Source: Lama glama (lineage: Eukaryota). From it: a stretch of DNA of 64,000 nucleotides. A program made the position numbers and the translations under genes. The stretch's first letter is position 1. Every line of letters begins with the position of its first letter. Positions 37,701 through 51,075 of the stretch are shown here, in pieces. The notes beneath the pieces were generated by a model. The model ran no database searches, was not told the origin of the DNA, and worked only from the letters and a program-made list of their open reading frames with translations. The stretch covers positions 20,214,001 through 20,278,000 of the forward strand of contig CM052832.1 in assembly GCA_028534125.1 (NCBI GenBank), given 5' to 3'.

Positions 37701-40689
37701 CCTGCTGTCGACGCTGTACTTGCAGATGAACTTTTCCAAAATGCAAGCATACTGTTGAAACCAATAAAAACCCAGTGACCGCAGGGCAGCAAGAGGGCTC
37801 CAGGTGAGAGTAGCCGCACGTCAGCAGTCTGGGTGGGGGGCTGACGATGCTGGTGGTCGTCAGGAATCCTCTTCCTTCACTGAGTATCTGTCTAAATCCA
37901 GTCCTGAGTGTACACCAGGGTCTGACTTCTCTGTTCATTAGCATTATTACAACGTCCCTCTAACCACTCAGACATTCTTTCCTCAAGTATGAATGTGTAA
38001 TCCCTGGGGATTCTTTATTTTTACATTAGATGTAATCATACCTTCTCAAAGTTGGCTTAATTGTCCTGAAATTTCCACTGAAAGGAGAGAAGAGCACAGC
38101 ACACACACCTCCTCCACCTACAACACACGTCTCCATGGGCCATGCATTCTTTCTCTAGTCAGTCCCGTGGTCAGGCCTCTGGAGCAGAGACGTTGTACAC
38201 GAACCACCTAATTATGATGTTCTCAATAATCAAAGTGATAATTTAAAAAGACAACATAATCAGCCCCAAGACCTGCTGTTCTGGACACATAAACACAGGG
38301 CCTTGGATCTGGAAGGAACAATGAGGTTGTAACATCTTTCGCAGCAAATTGTTGAAGCCAAGAGTCAAAAGAACACAGAGTGTCCCTGTCTTCAGCTGGT
38401 GTTCACAAGTCTGTCCATGTCAGCAGCTCCGTCTCAGGGCAGTCAAAACAGAACCCTGGAGTTGACCTCATTCCCTCCAAAGCTTGACACTCTGCTGTGC
38501 AGAGATCAACGATTTTGCGATTTTTTTTAAAGTTCTATTTCTGAGGGCAGAGAGCAGAGTGGAGACGTAAACGCACTGCCACAATGATTAGTGTGAGTTT
38601 CTAAGTTTCTTACAAACGTGGTGGTCCTCCCTGTGCAGATTTTTTAAGATCTTCTGTCTGAACACCCTGGGAAAATTGGAAAATATATATATAACAAAAC
38701 AAAACAAAACAACAACAAAAACCAAAGTCTTAAGTGGCACATAGCCAGATTTGACTTGAGAAAGTTGCTAATTTTGGACTCGCTTCCCTCCATTAGGGCA
38801 GTGTAAGAATTATGCACACAAGGCTGAGGCTTTTCTCTGCTGAAAAAACATCTGCAGTCAATTAGAAATAAGCCTGAGTGTCGTGTTAATTCTGCAGAAC
38901 CAAACAAAGTCATTTTTGTTTAAACTTTTCAGCGCTGTAAGAATGAGAGGTTACAGGAGGGGGAAGGAAAAAAAGCAATAGAACAAAACTGCCGTGTGGT
39001 CCTCGAAGGGGGCTGAGGAGGCAAATAAGAAATTACTTTTCCTTGAGAATTAGAGCTGGAAATTTTTTCCAGGAGAATTCTGTTCTCTACATTGCTCTCT
39101 TGGGGTGTGGGGGTGGGGAGCAAGCCTCCTCTTCTAAAAAGGCAACTTTTGAAACAATGGAACATTCTCCAGATTCCCTCAAAATGAATTTGACCAAATA
39201 GTTGATGTGTTTGGCAAACGAGTAGTAGCATTTCATTTTTAATTTTGTGGAAAGCCAAACAAATCAGAACTATATTTATAGACCATTGTGTGCATTTCAG
39301 ATCACTTTCATAGTTACCAAATGTGATCAGTGTTCTGACTTCACATGTACTAGAAACTATTTCTGTTGAAACACACATCTTGCCATGAATATCAGTTAAC
39401 ATCAGTAGCACAGATTCTACTAGAATTTGAGTTTATTTCTCTCAGAGAAGTCTGTGACTAGCCAGAGATAATTTCTACACAAGTGTGTTAGAACTACATG
39501 TTTTTTAAGACTGATAGTTCCTAAATTTGAAAAAGGGGGGATTTCAGTTATTCCGTTGGGCTGATGTATTGTTTCTTCTTTGTATCTTTTCTTAAGACCA
39601 GGTCCTACTGTTATCTTAGATAAGAAAGGCAGTTGAAGACTATTTTTGTTTAATTGAGTTTTGAGGGATATGATTGAACACTTAATCTGCAGTACCAAGT
39701 AGTGCCACTGCAGGTCTTCTCAGGCAGGTGAAAATGTTTAAGTCTCTGCCATTTAATCCTTATCAAAACACGGGCTGTGGAGAATTGTTTGCACCCGTAG
39801 GCTTGATGGGCATGTTAAATATTTATTTTCGTATATATTTTGACTCTATCTTTGGGTCAAACCAAAGAGCTGGGCATTGAACCAGAATGTTTTGCAACGT
39901 TTTTATTGGTTTTCACTAAATTATCCAGTAGCTTTATGCCAGTTGCCTGTATTGAGAAGCCCCATAAGCAACAGCCCAATAAATATTGCTATTACATTAT
40001 CTAATACCTGTTTATGAGAAGCTATGAGGGAAATTTCTCAGGTTTTTACTTTTGGATATTTTTTCCTGAATTATGGTTTTCTATTTTATTTTCATTCTTT
40101 AGTCTTAGGAATATTATGATTCTTGTAATTGATACTGGTTCCCTTTTTACTTTCACTGCTGAAAGCTTTGAGAGCAAATTTGTGACCTGCCTTTCTTCAA
40201 CTTCAGTGTAACTTTCATATATTTATACTTCTTATATCCAGGGGTTTATTAGAGTATAACCCTTATGTTCCCTTTACTCTCTCTCAGGTATTTGTTTTGT
40301 CTTTATTATGTTTATTTTTTTAAAATCTCTGACAACCCCTTTGTGATGTAAGTCAGGTGTTTATAAGTAAACAAGTAAGTCTAAGTTAAGCCCTGCTGTT
40401 GAAGTATAAGCCTGTTTAACCTAAGCTTTCTCTGTGAGTGCTTGCTATGTGATAGTTTTTCTAAAATATTTAATTTTTTGTGTTTTCTATCATGTAACTT
40501 TTCATTTTGTGTTCAGAATTGTTTAAAGAGTGAATAAGATGAATGATTTTGAATATGTGTAAGGACACTAAAGTAGAGCATTGGAAATGATTACATAATG
40601 GGCAATGAGGACATAGAAGAATGTAAAAGAAATTAAGGTTACTTGACTTTAAGGGGGAAAATGACTACAATGAAATTAAAATATATTCA

Positions 40690-40799
40690 AAGAATATGAA
40701 AATGAATATATGTATATTCATGTATGAAGCATTGTGCTGTACACCAGAAATTGACACAGCATTGTAAACTAACTGTACCTCAGTAAAAAAAAAAAAAAA
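40690..40799 (+). mobile_element. Extremely 5'-truncated camelid L1 3' end with poly(A)
   Basis: 'gaatatatgtatattcatgtatgaagcattgtgctgtacaccagaaattgacacagcattgtaaactaactgtacctcagt' plus A run; flanked by ATTCAAA repeats. Confidence 0.85.
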
Positions 40800-41164
40800 T
40801 TCAAAATGTCAACCATCTTAACAACTTTTTTTTTAAATCTCTTTAGAAACCAATTCCTAAGTAAAAATAAGAGGAATTAAGTTTAAAAATCTGAAAAGAA
40901 CACTGGGAGATGGTGCTATATCCTTAAATAATATTTTACTTGAGTTTGTGCTGGAATTTATCTGTTACCTTCTGTGTTACTCTGAGAGTAATCAAAGAAT
41001 CCAAATCAATTGAAACAATGCCTTCCTCCCATAATTAAAGAAAATACAAATTTGCGAAATTGAAATTAATTTTAACACCAAAATAAAATGATTGATAATT
41101 TATATTAACCTCATTTTTATTTTTTCTCATGTTAGCGTTGATAATTGAAAGTCAAGGATGTGTT

Positions 41165-41290
41165 TTGCTACCATTATCACCATGTTTGTAAGCACAAATG
41201 AAGCAGAAAACTGAGGCACAAGAAAGTTAAAGTGTTAAAAACAATTTCACTGTCATCAGATATGAAAAGATCTATCTCCTGACCACTGGT
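41165..41290 (-). mobile_element. MIR fragment, followed by (GATT)5
   Basis: 'gaaaactgaggcacaagaaagttaaagtg' MIR core. Confidence 0.5.
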
Positions 41291-43010
41291 TCAAATTGAT
41301 TGATTGATTGATTGATTGGTTTTCAGGGAGATGAAGATGTAAGGTTTAGTCTAAATAGAAAAAAAAAGAAGAAAAATGGCTCCTTTGTTCATATAGTGTC
41401 TTTAGATTTTAGAGTGGCGAGATAGCTTCATATTATTTTAAAAAAAGGAAGTAAGGGCAGAGAGGGAGGTAAAACTCCGGTCCACCATGCCAAACTCTAA
41501 CCCTCTCTGAAATGAGATATATTTTCATCTAGTGGCACATGGAGAGCCCAAGTGGCAACTGGCCAAGCCTATGTAGCTGATGGGGAAAGGCCAGGGAGAT
41601 CCCACTATCTTGTCAGATCACAACGGATTATTCTCACTAACAACTCCTTCTACCTTCCCACTCTCTCAATGTTTCATTAAATACTGAAATGAAAAACTAA
41701 AGCAAAATATCATTTAGCTCTTTTCAAAGTCCAGAAGTGCTGGTCCTAGGCCACCCCAACTCCATTTCTATATAAAGGAGTTTTTGGGATAAAGAAATAA
41801 TTAGTGTATAAGAGTCACTGCACATCTTAACATGGGAAGTGATTTTTGGCAGACAATTATTTAGATTTTCCTGGAGATGTAGATCCTTACAATAAGCTAT
41901 CATGAAAATGATTTATCCCACTTTATCTCAATCACCAGTGCGGGTAACACTACCTGGTAGTTGTATATGTCCCTTTATATTTTTAAAGAAATACTTATAT
42001 TTCATCATGAATCCATATTAACACAAAAGATTTTCCAGCCATGGAGAAGGGTAAAAATAGTAGGGGGAAAAAAGTTGAGAGCCAAGAGGACATCAAATCT
42101 TTCATCTTTTTCCTAAGTGGATTTCTTTGTCATAAGTTGCTCTTAAATTTGTCATTATTTCCCACATGCGTACTACCTGGATAAATTATGGCTTACATCA
42201 CCCTCCACTTGAAATGAAAAGCAGACTGCATTGCGGACTTGAATTATCCTCCAATATTGCTTGATATACGATCCATCTTGATGGGAAACTATTGTTATAT
42301 ATTTCAGAGTTATGATTTCCAAGGTATCAAACTCCTCATTATCTTCCCATGCTAGCCAGCTATAAATGCCAAACACTCCAGCTTCCAGTATGTGCCTATT
42401 GAAACTTATAGTCCTGTGTTCAGTGTATGTTTAGCATTTTATGGTGCTGCATAATATGGAAATGTCATAATACTTTATCAAAAGCCCCGGCTAGGCTATT
42501 GACAGTATAGGTTTCATTTAATTCCTGATGCAGCGGACGTTCTTTGATATTTCCTATAGAATATAACAAACACCAAATGCAGGGCTTAAAATGAATATTT
42601 AAAACAATCAATCAGGCTTGAAATTTAATTTTCTCTAATTGGCTTGCTATAGTCTAACAAAATTGAATGACATAAAAATGTCACCTACCCTGTATAATTT
42701 TGTATTTTCTCTAATCATAAAAATAGATTTTTTTCTTCTCTTTTAACTACCTTTAATTTACTAAGTTAATTTAACTCTTACACAGGTTGACAAAAGTGTG
42801 TTTCATCATCCAGGGTAATAATCACATGTGCAATATAATGTTATCAGCCACTCTTTCCTGCTTTGCTTCTACCATGAATCCAAGATGATTAAAGTGCTTG
42901 AAGAAGCCTCTGGTCTAGACTGAAAGGACTGAGTCGTTTTTGTGTATGTATTTCTGGAATGGACTGAGCTAGAAGACGATAGACACTGACCATCTCTTCT
43001 CCTCCCCTAG

Positions 43011-43118
43011 ACCCCTCTGGAATTAGGCATCCCACACTGATTCATCCTCTGACGGGAAGGAGCCATCCGTATGACTCACACCACGGTGAACATTTTCAGT
43101 GCCTCTGGGGAAGAACAA
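43011..43118 (+). other. Candidate 108-nt internal exon (host transcript unknown)
   Basis: Branch point CACTGAC (42984-42990), pyrimidine tract 'catctcttctcctcccctag', donor CAA|GTAAGT; one fully open phase-1 frame. Confidence 0.4.
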
Positions 43119-46100
43119 GTAAGTCTTAATGGCAACTGTTAAAGCAACAACAACAGCTGGCTTATAAGCAGACGACGGTAGGGAAATATATTTTTTATAT
43201 ATAGTCAGTATGTCTGATTGAAAAATGAATATATATAAATGGAAGAATACCCATGTACAAACTCCAAAGGAATACGAAGCACATGTTTGTTTCTGATTAA
43301 CTGACATTACTAAGTTAGTGGATACTGATTGGCTGTGTTTCCATACACAGTTGAGTTTATTCAATTTTCTCTTAAAGTGGAAAAAAAAGAAATCATATTT
43401 ACTGAAACAATTTTATTGTTGCTATTTTACCATAATACCAAATAATTACTTTCCAGGTCTTTTCCTGCTTTTCATTTTCCTCTGATAGTTACATTACCAG
43501 AGACTTACGTCCAGAAATAACAAAGTAATAAAAACTCAAACTTACTGATTCTGACCAATTATCAGATTTTGCAAACAAAGTGAACATGTTCATGACAGGT
43601 AAGAAGTGAATCAACCTGACAATCCCAAATGCAGGGAACTTTCAGAATACTCTTTCTTAATTTGGGAACTAAGTTTTCGAGTGTCATTACTCAAGGCTCT
43701 GTTTAAGACCCTGATTAAGTGTTTTTATGTATATTAGGGATGAATCAAAATGGGGCTCAGAACTCTTCCAACCAGTTTTCAGTCATTGTCTAATATGGTC
43801 CAGCCAGTTAATTGGCTGCCACAGGGAAGAACGGGTCGTAATGTTCTTCCAAAATTGGAAACTTCTATGATGAGCCAGACAAACTAAACACAGTGAGTTT
43901 ATGGTGTGAAAACAATGGCCTTAAGGTGTGCTGGTTCTGGAAGCTTTTAACAGATGACTAGATAAAACTCTGAGAAACAAAATACAGGACCCCCCCCCCA
44001 AAGATTTTGTCCTGCCTAGCATCAGCAGCTATCCTAAGTGCCGTTGTTTCTGATTTATTTAATTAAGGAAAATTCTTATTTAAGTATAAGGACCAATTTC
44101 TTCCATTGAAAATTATTAGATAAAATGGAAAGGATTGTGCATAGACCTGTGTATGAAAATTATTGTTTTCTTTTCCACTAACTGCATGGAGCTGTTTCTG
44201 GACTAACTGGGAATGTCTCAGCTTTACCCATGTATCTGATTCACATTCAGATTAATCCTACTGTTATGATTTACGATGCCCTCGGTTTCATATTTACTGC
44301 TAGCTCAAACTAATAAGCTCTCCCTGGACCCGTGCCATGACACAAGGTCAACGCCTAGTTAATCACGCCATTGTTTTTCCATACATGTTGCCCTCTGAAT
44401 TATCTAAGTGATAATTGATTAAAAACACACTTGGATGATGTCATTTTTTAAAAAACAACAAATTTAATTTTTCAAAGAAAGCTTTTTTTAGGTTTGTACA
44501 AGACACTTTGAACATCTTAAATCTTTTTATTAAATAGATTTTGCATTCATCAAAATATATATATTTAGAATTAGCGTTAATCACCTTAAATTCTCTTTCG
44601 AGTCCCCATTGGTAAAGCCACAGTGCTCAGAGTTCCATATGTGAGCAAGAACTAGATCATACCATGCCATAAAGAGAAATGGAAGTACACTCATGATTTT
44701 ATTTTGATGTATTATTTCATACTACACAAATCCATTGTTCTCTACATTTATTGTAGAGTAACAGTTTTTTTTTGTAAATCACATTAAAATGCTCAAGATA
44801 ACAGTATTAAAACATAAAACATTATATACACTACTGATTTTGCAGTGCTAGGACTAATTTATATTAAGTCTTTCCATATGTAGCATGTAGAGAACACTTT
44901 ATTTTACAGTTTCTTCTATCCACATAGGACCGTATTCAGCAGACCTTAAAAGGAGAGAGTCAGTTTTGGACTCATCTTTTCCAAGTAATCTGGATAATAC
45001 CAAATGTTGCAGATATATTTTTTTAAAGTTAAACGTAATGCCAAAAGATTAAACCAGGAAGCAAAGGAAGCAAAAGTTTTTGTATCTATTTCTGATTTTA
45101 TGCATCCTGACCTTCAAAGAGTTGCTTTGCTATTCCGTCTTACGTTCTTTGGAGTAGATATAATCTCTGTGTACTGACAGCCACAAATATGTTACATTAT
45201 GAAGTTTTAGCCACTGGCTGCCAGAAACAATCAGATCCACGAATATTGTGTGGTTTGTTTACTAAATTTATATTGGTTACATGGCACATAATTAAAAGGG
45301 CAAAAAGAACACATCCGTATTCTTTTGGCTTAGGGGTCTTCAGGAGAGCCTTGAGCAAATAGTTTTTAAATCTAAGTAAAGAAATTCTTTTTGGAAAGGA
45401 AACCAAGCATGGGGAAGATGTGAGAGAAATTGAAAACTACGAATACAGAAGCAGATCTATCAAGGCAGTTCTGGAAAATTCCATTAGTAATGCAATGGTA
45501 GCTTCAGTATTTGCCCTCATTCTTTATTTGTTCTGCATTTTGTCCATGTTCCCATCCCCCCTGCTTATCTTTGTAGAAGCAGTAGCTGAAGTAGTCACTA
45601 TTAGCATTGGGCATGCACAATGTAATCATGGGTCAGTTTTAATTACTAGTATCAATGGCTGCTTTCTCCTATTTGATTTTGTAGTGTCTGCATAAGAAAA
45701 GTTAAAATGACTATAAGGGGTTGATGACTAAAAACACTGTGTGAATGGCTCCGTGTCCTGTCCATTGCCATTTCCATAGCAAATCTATTTCACATTATAA
45801 AACCATTTAATTGGAGTTTCATGATATATAACCACATATACCACCGTCTACTCTCCAGGCTTCTTCCACTTTCTGTTAAGTTCTTGGTTAGCTCCTCATC
45901 CTCACTGAAAAGTAGGCAAATACCTCTCCATTTGGTACATCCAGTCAAGACCCTATGTCATCTCTGAGAAATATTATCTCGGGACTTAAGTTTTAGTAAG
46001 TCTGAGTTCTCAGATTGGCTTTTCTGCTAATTCTATTGATTACTTGCTATTTGGAGACTTCAGTTATGTCTTAATATGAGAACAAGCTGGGTTAAATGGC

Positions 46101-47736
46101 TGCTAAAATCTCATCAATTTAAAATTATTCTGGTAATCTTCCTTGCCAAAACTTTTCTTTGTCTTTGTCTGTTTTGGAACACGGCCATACCACTCATATC
46201 CGTCCCCACCCATATTAACAATGTACAAGTATATCACTGATTTGGTTGCATTTACTTCCAAATGTAGCTGGTACCTATGCCTAAAATAATTATGGTTGAC
46301 TCTTTCTCACTAGGATCAAATGAAGGGACAGAGCCCCATTTGATCTCAGGAATACACTAATATCTGTTGACCAACTGACCTACTCTCCTCCAACAGCACC
46401 CTGCTCCCTGAGAGGGTCCAACTTTAAGAGTCAGAGGCATGCCAGCTTAACTTCTGATTTTCAAGGTTGCCCCAAGCATCTCACAACTAAATGTCATTAC
46501 TCAGTCCAACTTCCAGAGGGCACCTGGAATAACTTTTTCTCCTGAGCCTTGATGAATTATCAACAGTGAATATTCCAATTATCCCTTGGGTTTTGTTATA
46601 AAATTCAAGAAGTTTTTAGCAAACATGGCTCAAATATCACTCTCTTTATGAATCTTGTCCAACTCTAGGAATCTCTAAGCTTTATACTTAACTGGTCCTA
46701 GGCAAATCTTTTCAGCAGAACCTGCATGCTAATATAAACATGAATAATGTTTTTCTTCTTTAGTGAAGAAGCATTTTAAATTCAAGTTATCAGTTCTTAT
46801 ACTTGCTCTAAAGCACTGGAGACCCCAGCACAGAATTGGACATAAGGATGGCTTAATCCACTGATAAGGCCTCAGGCCAGACTGCAGAATAAGTTAGTCA
46901 GCAGAACATCCCAGCCTCCAAGACTTTCTATTTTTTTTGCCGTTACAAATCTTGCTCAAACCAAATATTTTTCACCAGTCATTGGCGTGTTTCTTTCTGC
47001 CAGCTTCTCAAGTTTCTGTTAGCAATTAGCTTGTATCAGTGGTTCCAAAGCCTGTTTATTTGAAAATCCCACAGCAATTTCCAAGTCCCCAGGGATCCAG
47101 TTTCACTCATGGAACTAGAAGCTTTGAATTAATGCAAGCTTGGCTGCCATCAATCTTCTCCACACTTCAAGAAGTGACTCTCACTCCCTAAGAGACAGGG
47201 CCTCCCTAGAGGTCGGGTTAAACACTCCCAGGCAGCAAATGCAAGAAGGAGGTTTTAAAATTTCTTTCCTCTGGTGAACACATATACAAATTTGTAAGAT
47301 CTGTTCTCAGAAAAATACAGTCCCCAAAAGCACACCCTCACTTGTACAGCAATTTCGACCTCATTGTAAAGTCCATCGTGTGTTTTTTTCCCTCATCTGT
47401 GTGTTTTTGTTTTCATATGTGTGTCAAGAGGAGTCTGTGTGTATATGTATATATGTGTGTACATACTTTCTTCTTACTTCTATTTTTTGAAGACTGTCAT
47501 GGCTCAAGAAGTTGCCACCCCACTCACTCCTTTTTCTCTATGATATTTTCCCACTAATCTAAAAGCCTGATATCCTTTGCTGAAGTCTAATGTAATCATT
47601 TGAACTGCGGGTAAAATGAGAATTTAACCTCAAGTTTACTTTCCCAGAAGTTAGGCCTCATTATCTACCCAAATATAACTGAAGGGTCATGGTTATTTTT
47701 AAAGGAATACACTCTGGAAAACAAAAATTAAAACTA

Positions 47737-47829
47737 GGGAGGTGGGAATAGCTCAGTGGTAGAACACATGTTTAGCATGCACAAGGTCATGGCTTCAATC
47801 CCCAGTACCTCCGTTAAAAAAAAAAATAA
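47737..47829 (+). mobile_element. Short camelid tRNA-Ala-derived SINE (head plus poly(A))
   Basis: 'tagctcagtggtagaacacatgtttagcatgcacaaggtcatggcttcaatccccagtacctcc' plus A tail; TSD AAAACTA at 47730-47736 and 47830-47836. Confidence 0.88.
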
Positions 47830-48199
47830 AAAACTAAACACATCAAATCTTTACATAAATCTCAAGAAAATAAGGGATGAATGAAGTACATGTGTGTGCA
47901 ACAACACACAGAATACCATCTCTCTCCATCACTGTGTGAAATTCATAATAAATCATTTATAACACAAAATTTTATAAGTATACCAATGGTGTAGCATATA
48001 CTTCACAAATACAAAATTAAGCCATATGTTCTATTTATTAATTTTTCTTGAATCACATTAATTTCTTGTGTCAATAGTAATATTGTCACTTCTACTTTAT
48101 TTAGGGGTGGTTATGACTGATACGTCTTTGCTAGTATTTTATTTTTATTATATTTTGTTATTTGAATTGATTGTTTAAAAACTTAATGGAGGGGTGTCT

Positions 48200-50460
48200 G
48201 ATTTCCACAGTTACCACACTGTATTTTAAATAAAATGTCAAGATTCAACAAAAAATTATAAGATGACACAAAGAAATAGGAAAGTATAGAGCCTGCCTAG
48301 GAGAAGAAGCAGTTAGTAGCATCTGTTCTAAAGAAGCCCAGACATACCAGACAGAGACTTAAAATCAGATGTTGTAAGTTCAAAAAGAAAGACAACATTT
48401 CCAGAGATTTAAAGGAAGGCTTGAAAAATATTCTCACCAAAATAAAGAACACTGATAAAGGAAAATGAGTTATAAAAAATAACTAAATAGAAATTTTGAA
48501 AAGAATTTGCTGTAGGGGCCCAGCAGCATATTTGAACTGTTAGAGGAAATAATAAGTAGAATTGGGGATACGTTAAGTGAGATTACACACTCAGAGGAAC
48601 AGAGAGAAAAAATAATGATGATAAAAAAATTAGTAGAACTTGAGAGACCACTGGAACACCATTATGCTAACATACGTATAATGAGATTCTCAGGAAAGAA
48701 AGTGGCAGAAGACTGATGAGATAAAGATGAAAAGTTCCAAAATGATGAAAAGCATTATTCTTAACACTCAAGAAATTCAGTGAACTCCACTCAGGATAAA
48801 CTCAATGAGATCCATACCTAGACTCATCAAAAAATAAATCTTGGAAATCAGTGAAAAAAATGACTTATCACAAAGGATCCTTAGTAAGGTTAAGAGATGA
48901 CTTCTTATCAGGAACCATGAGGTCCAGAAGGCAATGGGATGACTATGCAAAGTGCTGAGAGAAAACACTAAAATTTTCCATGTTCCGTGAAAATACCATC
49001 ACAAATAAGGGGGAATTAAGACATTGCTAGATGAAAAACAAACAAACAAAAAAAGAGAGACTGTGTCACTATCAGACTGTTTTATAAGAAATACTAAATG
49101 GAGTACATCAAGCTGAAATGAAGGATATTTTATAGTAACTTGAATCCACATAAAAAAATAAAGAGCACCGGTAAAGGTAACTAACCGTATAGGTAAATAT
49201 AAGAGACAATATAAATGCATAAATAACTTTTATTGCCCCTTTTGATTTAAAACACAGTTGCATAAAGTGACAGTTATAAGGCTGTATTGACTTATAATGT
49301 ATAAAGATTTAATTTGTGTGACAATAATAGTACAAAGCTACAGGAAGGGAATGGTGTTACACTGTTGCAAAGTTTTTGTATGTTATTGAAATTAAGTTTC
49401 TGTTATTCTGGACTAGGTTATTTTAAATTATGATGTTAACTGTAATCCACAGGGCAACCACTAGGAAATACCTTTAAAATATAGTAAAAGAACCAGTAGG
49501 AGAATTAAAGTGATAAAATAAAATATATCTAGGAAAGAAGGCACAAAGGAAGGCAGTAATGGAGGAACAGAGGAACAAAAGACTAAGTTATATGGAAACC
49601 TAATGGGAAAATGGCAGCTATAAATCCTGCCTTATCAGTAATTACATTAAATGTAAATAGATCGGAACTAAAATGAAAAGTCATAGATAAGAAGGATGGA
49701 TTTTTTAAAAAATGACCAAACTGTATGCTGTCTGTGAGACACAATTCAAATTCAAACACACAGTTAGGCTGACTGAAAGTAAAAGGATAAAAAAAAAAAA
49801 TGCCATGCAAAAATGTACTCAAAAGAGAGTTGAAATGATTATGCTAATATCACAAAAACAGACCCTAAGACAAAAATTGTTACTAGTGATAGAGTTTTCA
49901 AATGATAAAATGATGAATTAATAATTAAGATATAACAGTTGTATACTTAACCTGTTCTGTCACAGAGCCCCAAAACACACAAAGCAAAAACTGAAGAACT
50001 GAAGTGAGACACACAATTTAATGACAGTAGTTGTAATATTTCAAAACTTTACCCCAAGTTGATAATGGATAGAATAATCAGGCAGATGCTGAACTAAGAA
50101 ATAAAAAAGTATAAACCAACTAGACCTAACAGACTTCTGTAGAGTCCTCCACTCAGCAACACCACAATACACATTCTTCTCAAGTGCACATGGACCGTTC
50201 TCTAAGATACACCATATGTTAGGCCATAAAATAAAGCTTAATAAATTTTAAATGATTGAAATCATATGAAGTATGTTCTCTGACCACAATAAAATGAAAT
50301 TAGAAATCAGTAATAGAAAGAAATTTGATAATATCACATGTGGAAATTAAAAAGCGCTCCCCTAAATAACCAGTGGAACCAAGAAATAGTACATACGGGA
50401 AATTAGAAAACATTTGAGATGAATGAAAATGAAAAAATATACCAAAACGTGGAATACAGC
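48200..50460 (+). mobile_element. Old L1MB-type element, 5' part (ORF1, spacer, ORF2 endonuclease region), decayed
   Basis: A-rich; 'aggataaactcaatgagatccatacctagac', 'tacacattcttctcaagtgcacatggaccgttctctaagatacaccatatgttaggccataaa', 'atgttctctgaccacaat'. Confidence 0.88.
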
Positions 50461-50990
50461 TGTATTAGTTTCCTTTTGCTGCTGTAACAAATTAGGATAA
50501 ACTTAGTGGCTTGAAATAACATAGATCCATTATCTTAGAGTTCTGGAGGTCTTAAGTCCGAAATGGGTCTCACTGGGCAAAAGTCAAGGTGTCAGCAGTG
50601 CTGTAATCCTTTTGGAGCTTCTATGGGACCATGGGTTTCTTTGCATTTTTCAGTTTCTAGAGTCTGCCTGCGTTTCTTTTTTACCCTTTTTTAAAAAATT
50701 TCTTTTACTCTTCTTTACTTCTTTACTCATAACCATTTCTTCAAACTAGCCGTGTAGTGTCTTCAAATCTCCCTATAACTCTGACTTTTCTTTCTCCCAT
50801 CTTCCACTTTTAAAGATCCTTGTGATTACAACTGAGCTCACCCAAATAGTCCAGAATGTCTCCCCTTCTTAAAATCAACAGATTAGCAACCTCAGTTCCA
50901 TCCGCAACCTTAATTGCCATGCATCGTAACTTCTTTGCAGGTTACAGGGATTAGGATGTGAACATCATTTGGGAAGGGGGAGGCATTATT
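50461..50990 (-). mobile_element. MaLR solo LTR, MLT1C/D-like, end clipped
   Basis: TGTATTAGTTTCCT start, 'gattagcaacctcagttccatccgcaaccttaatt', 'gggattaggatgtgaacatc...ggcattattct'. Confidence 0.85.
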
Positions 50991-51075
50991 CTTTTTGTTT
51001 AAGTTGAGGTAAAATTTATGTACAGTGTTATGTTAGTTTCAGGTGTACAACATGATGATTCAGTATTTGTATACA
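50991..51075 (-). mobile_element. L1MA-type 3' tail fragment
   Basis: 'ttgaggtaaaatttatgtacagtgttatgttagtttcaggtgtacaacatgatgattcagtatttgtatac'. Confidence 0.75.

Noticed and set aside
38929..39411. Longest ORF (160 aa, minus strand)
   Set aside because: No recognisable protein family, non-ATG start and no supporting exon structure.
42173..42376. Possible minus-strand exon (SHQDGSYIKQYWRIIQVRNAVCFSFQVEGD, donor GAT|GTAAGC)
   Set aside because: The acceptor lacks a pyrimidine tract and the peptide is not recognised.
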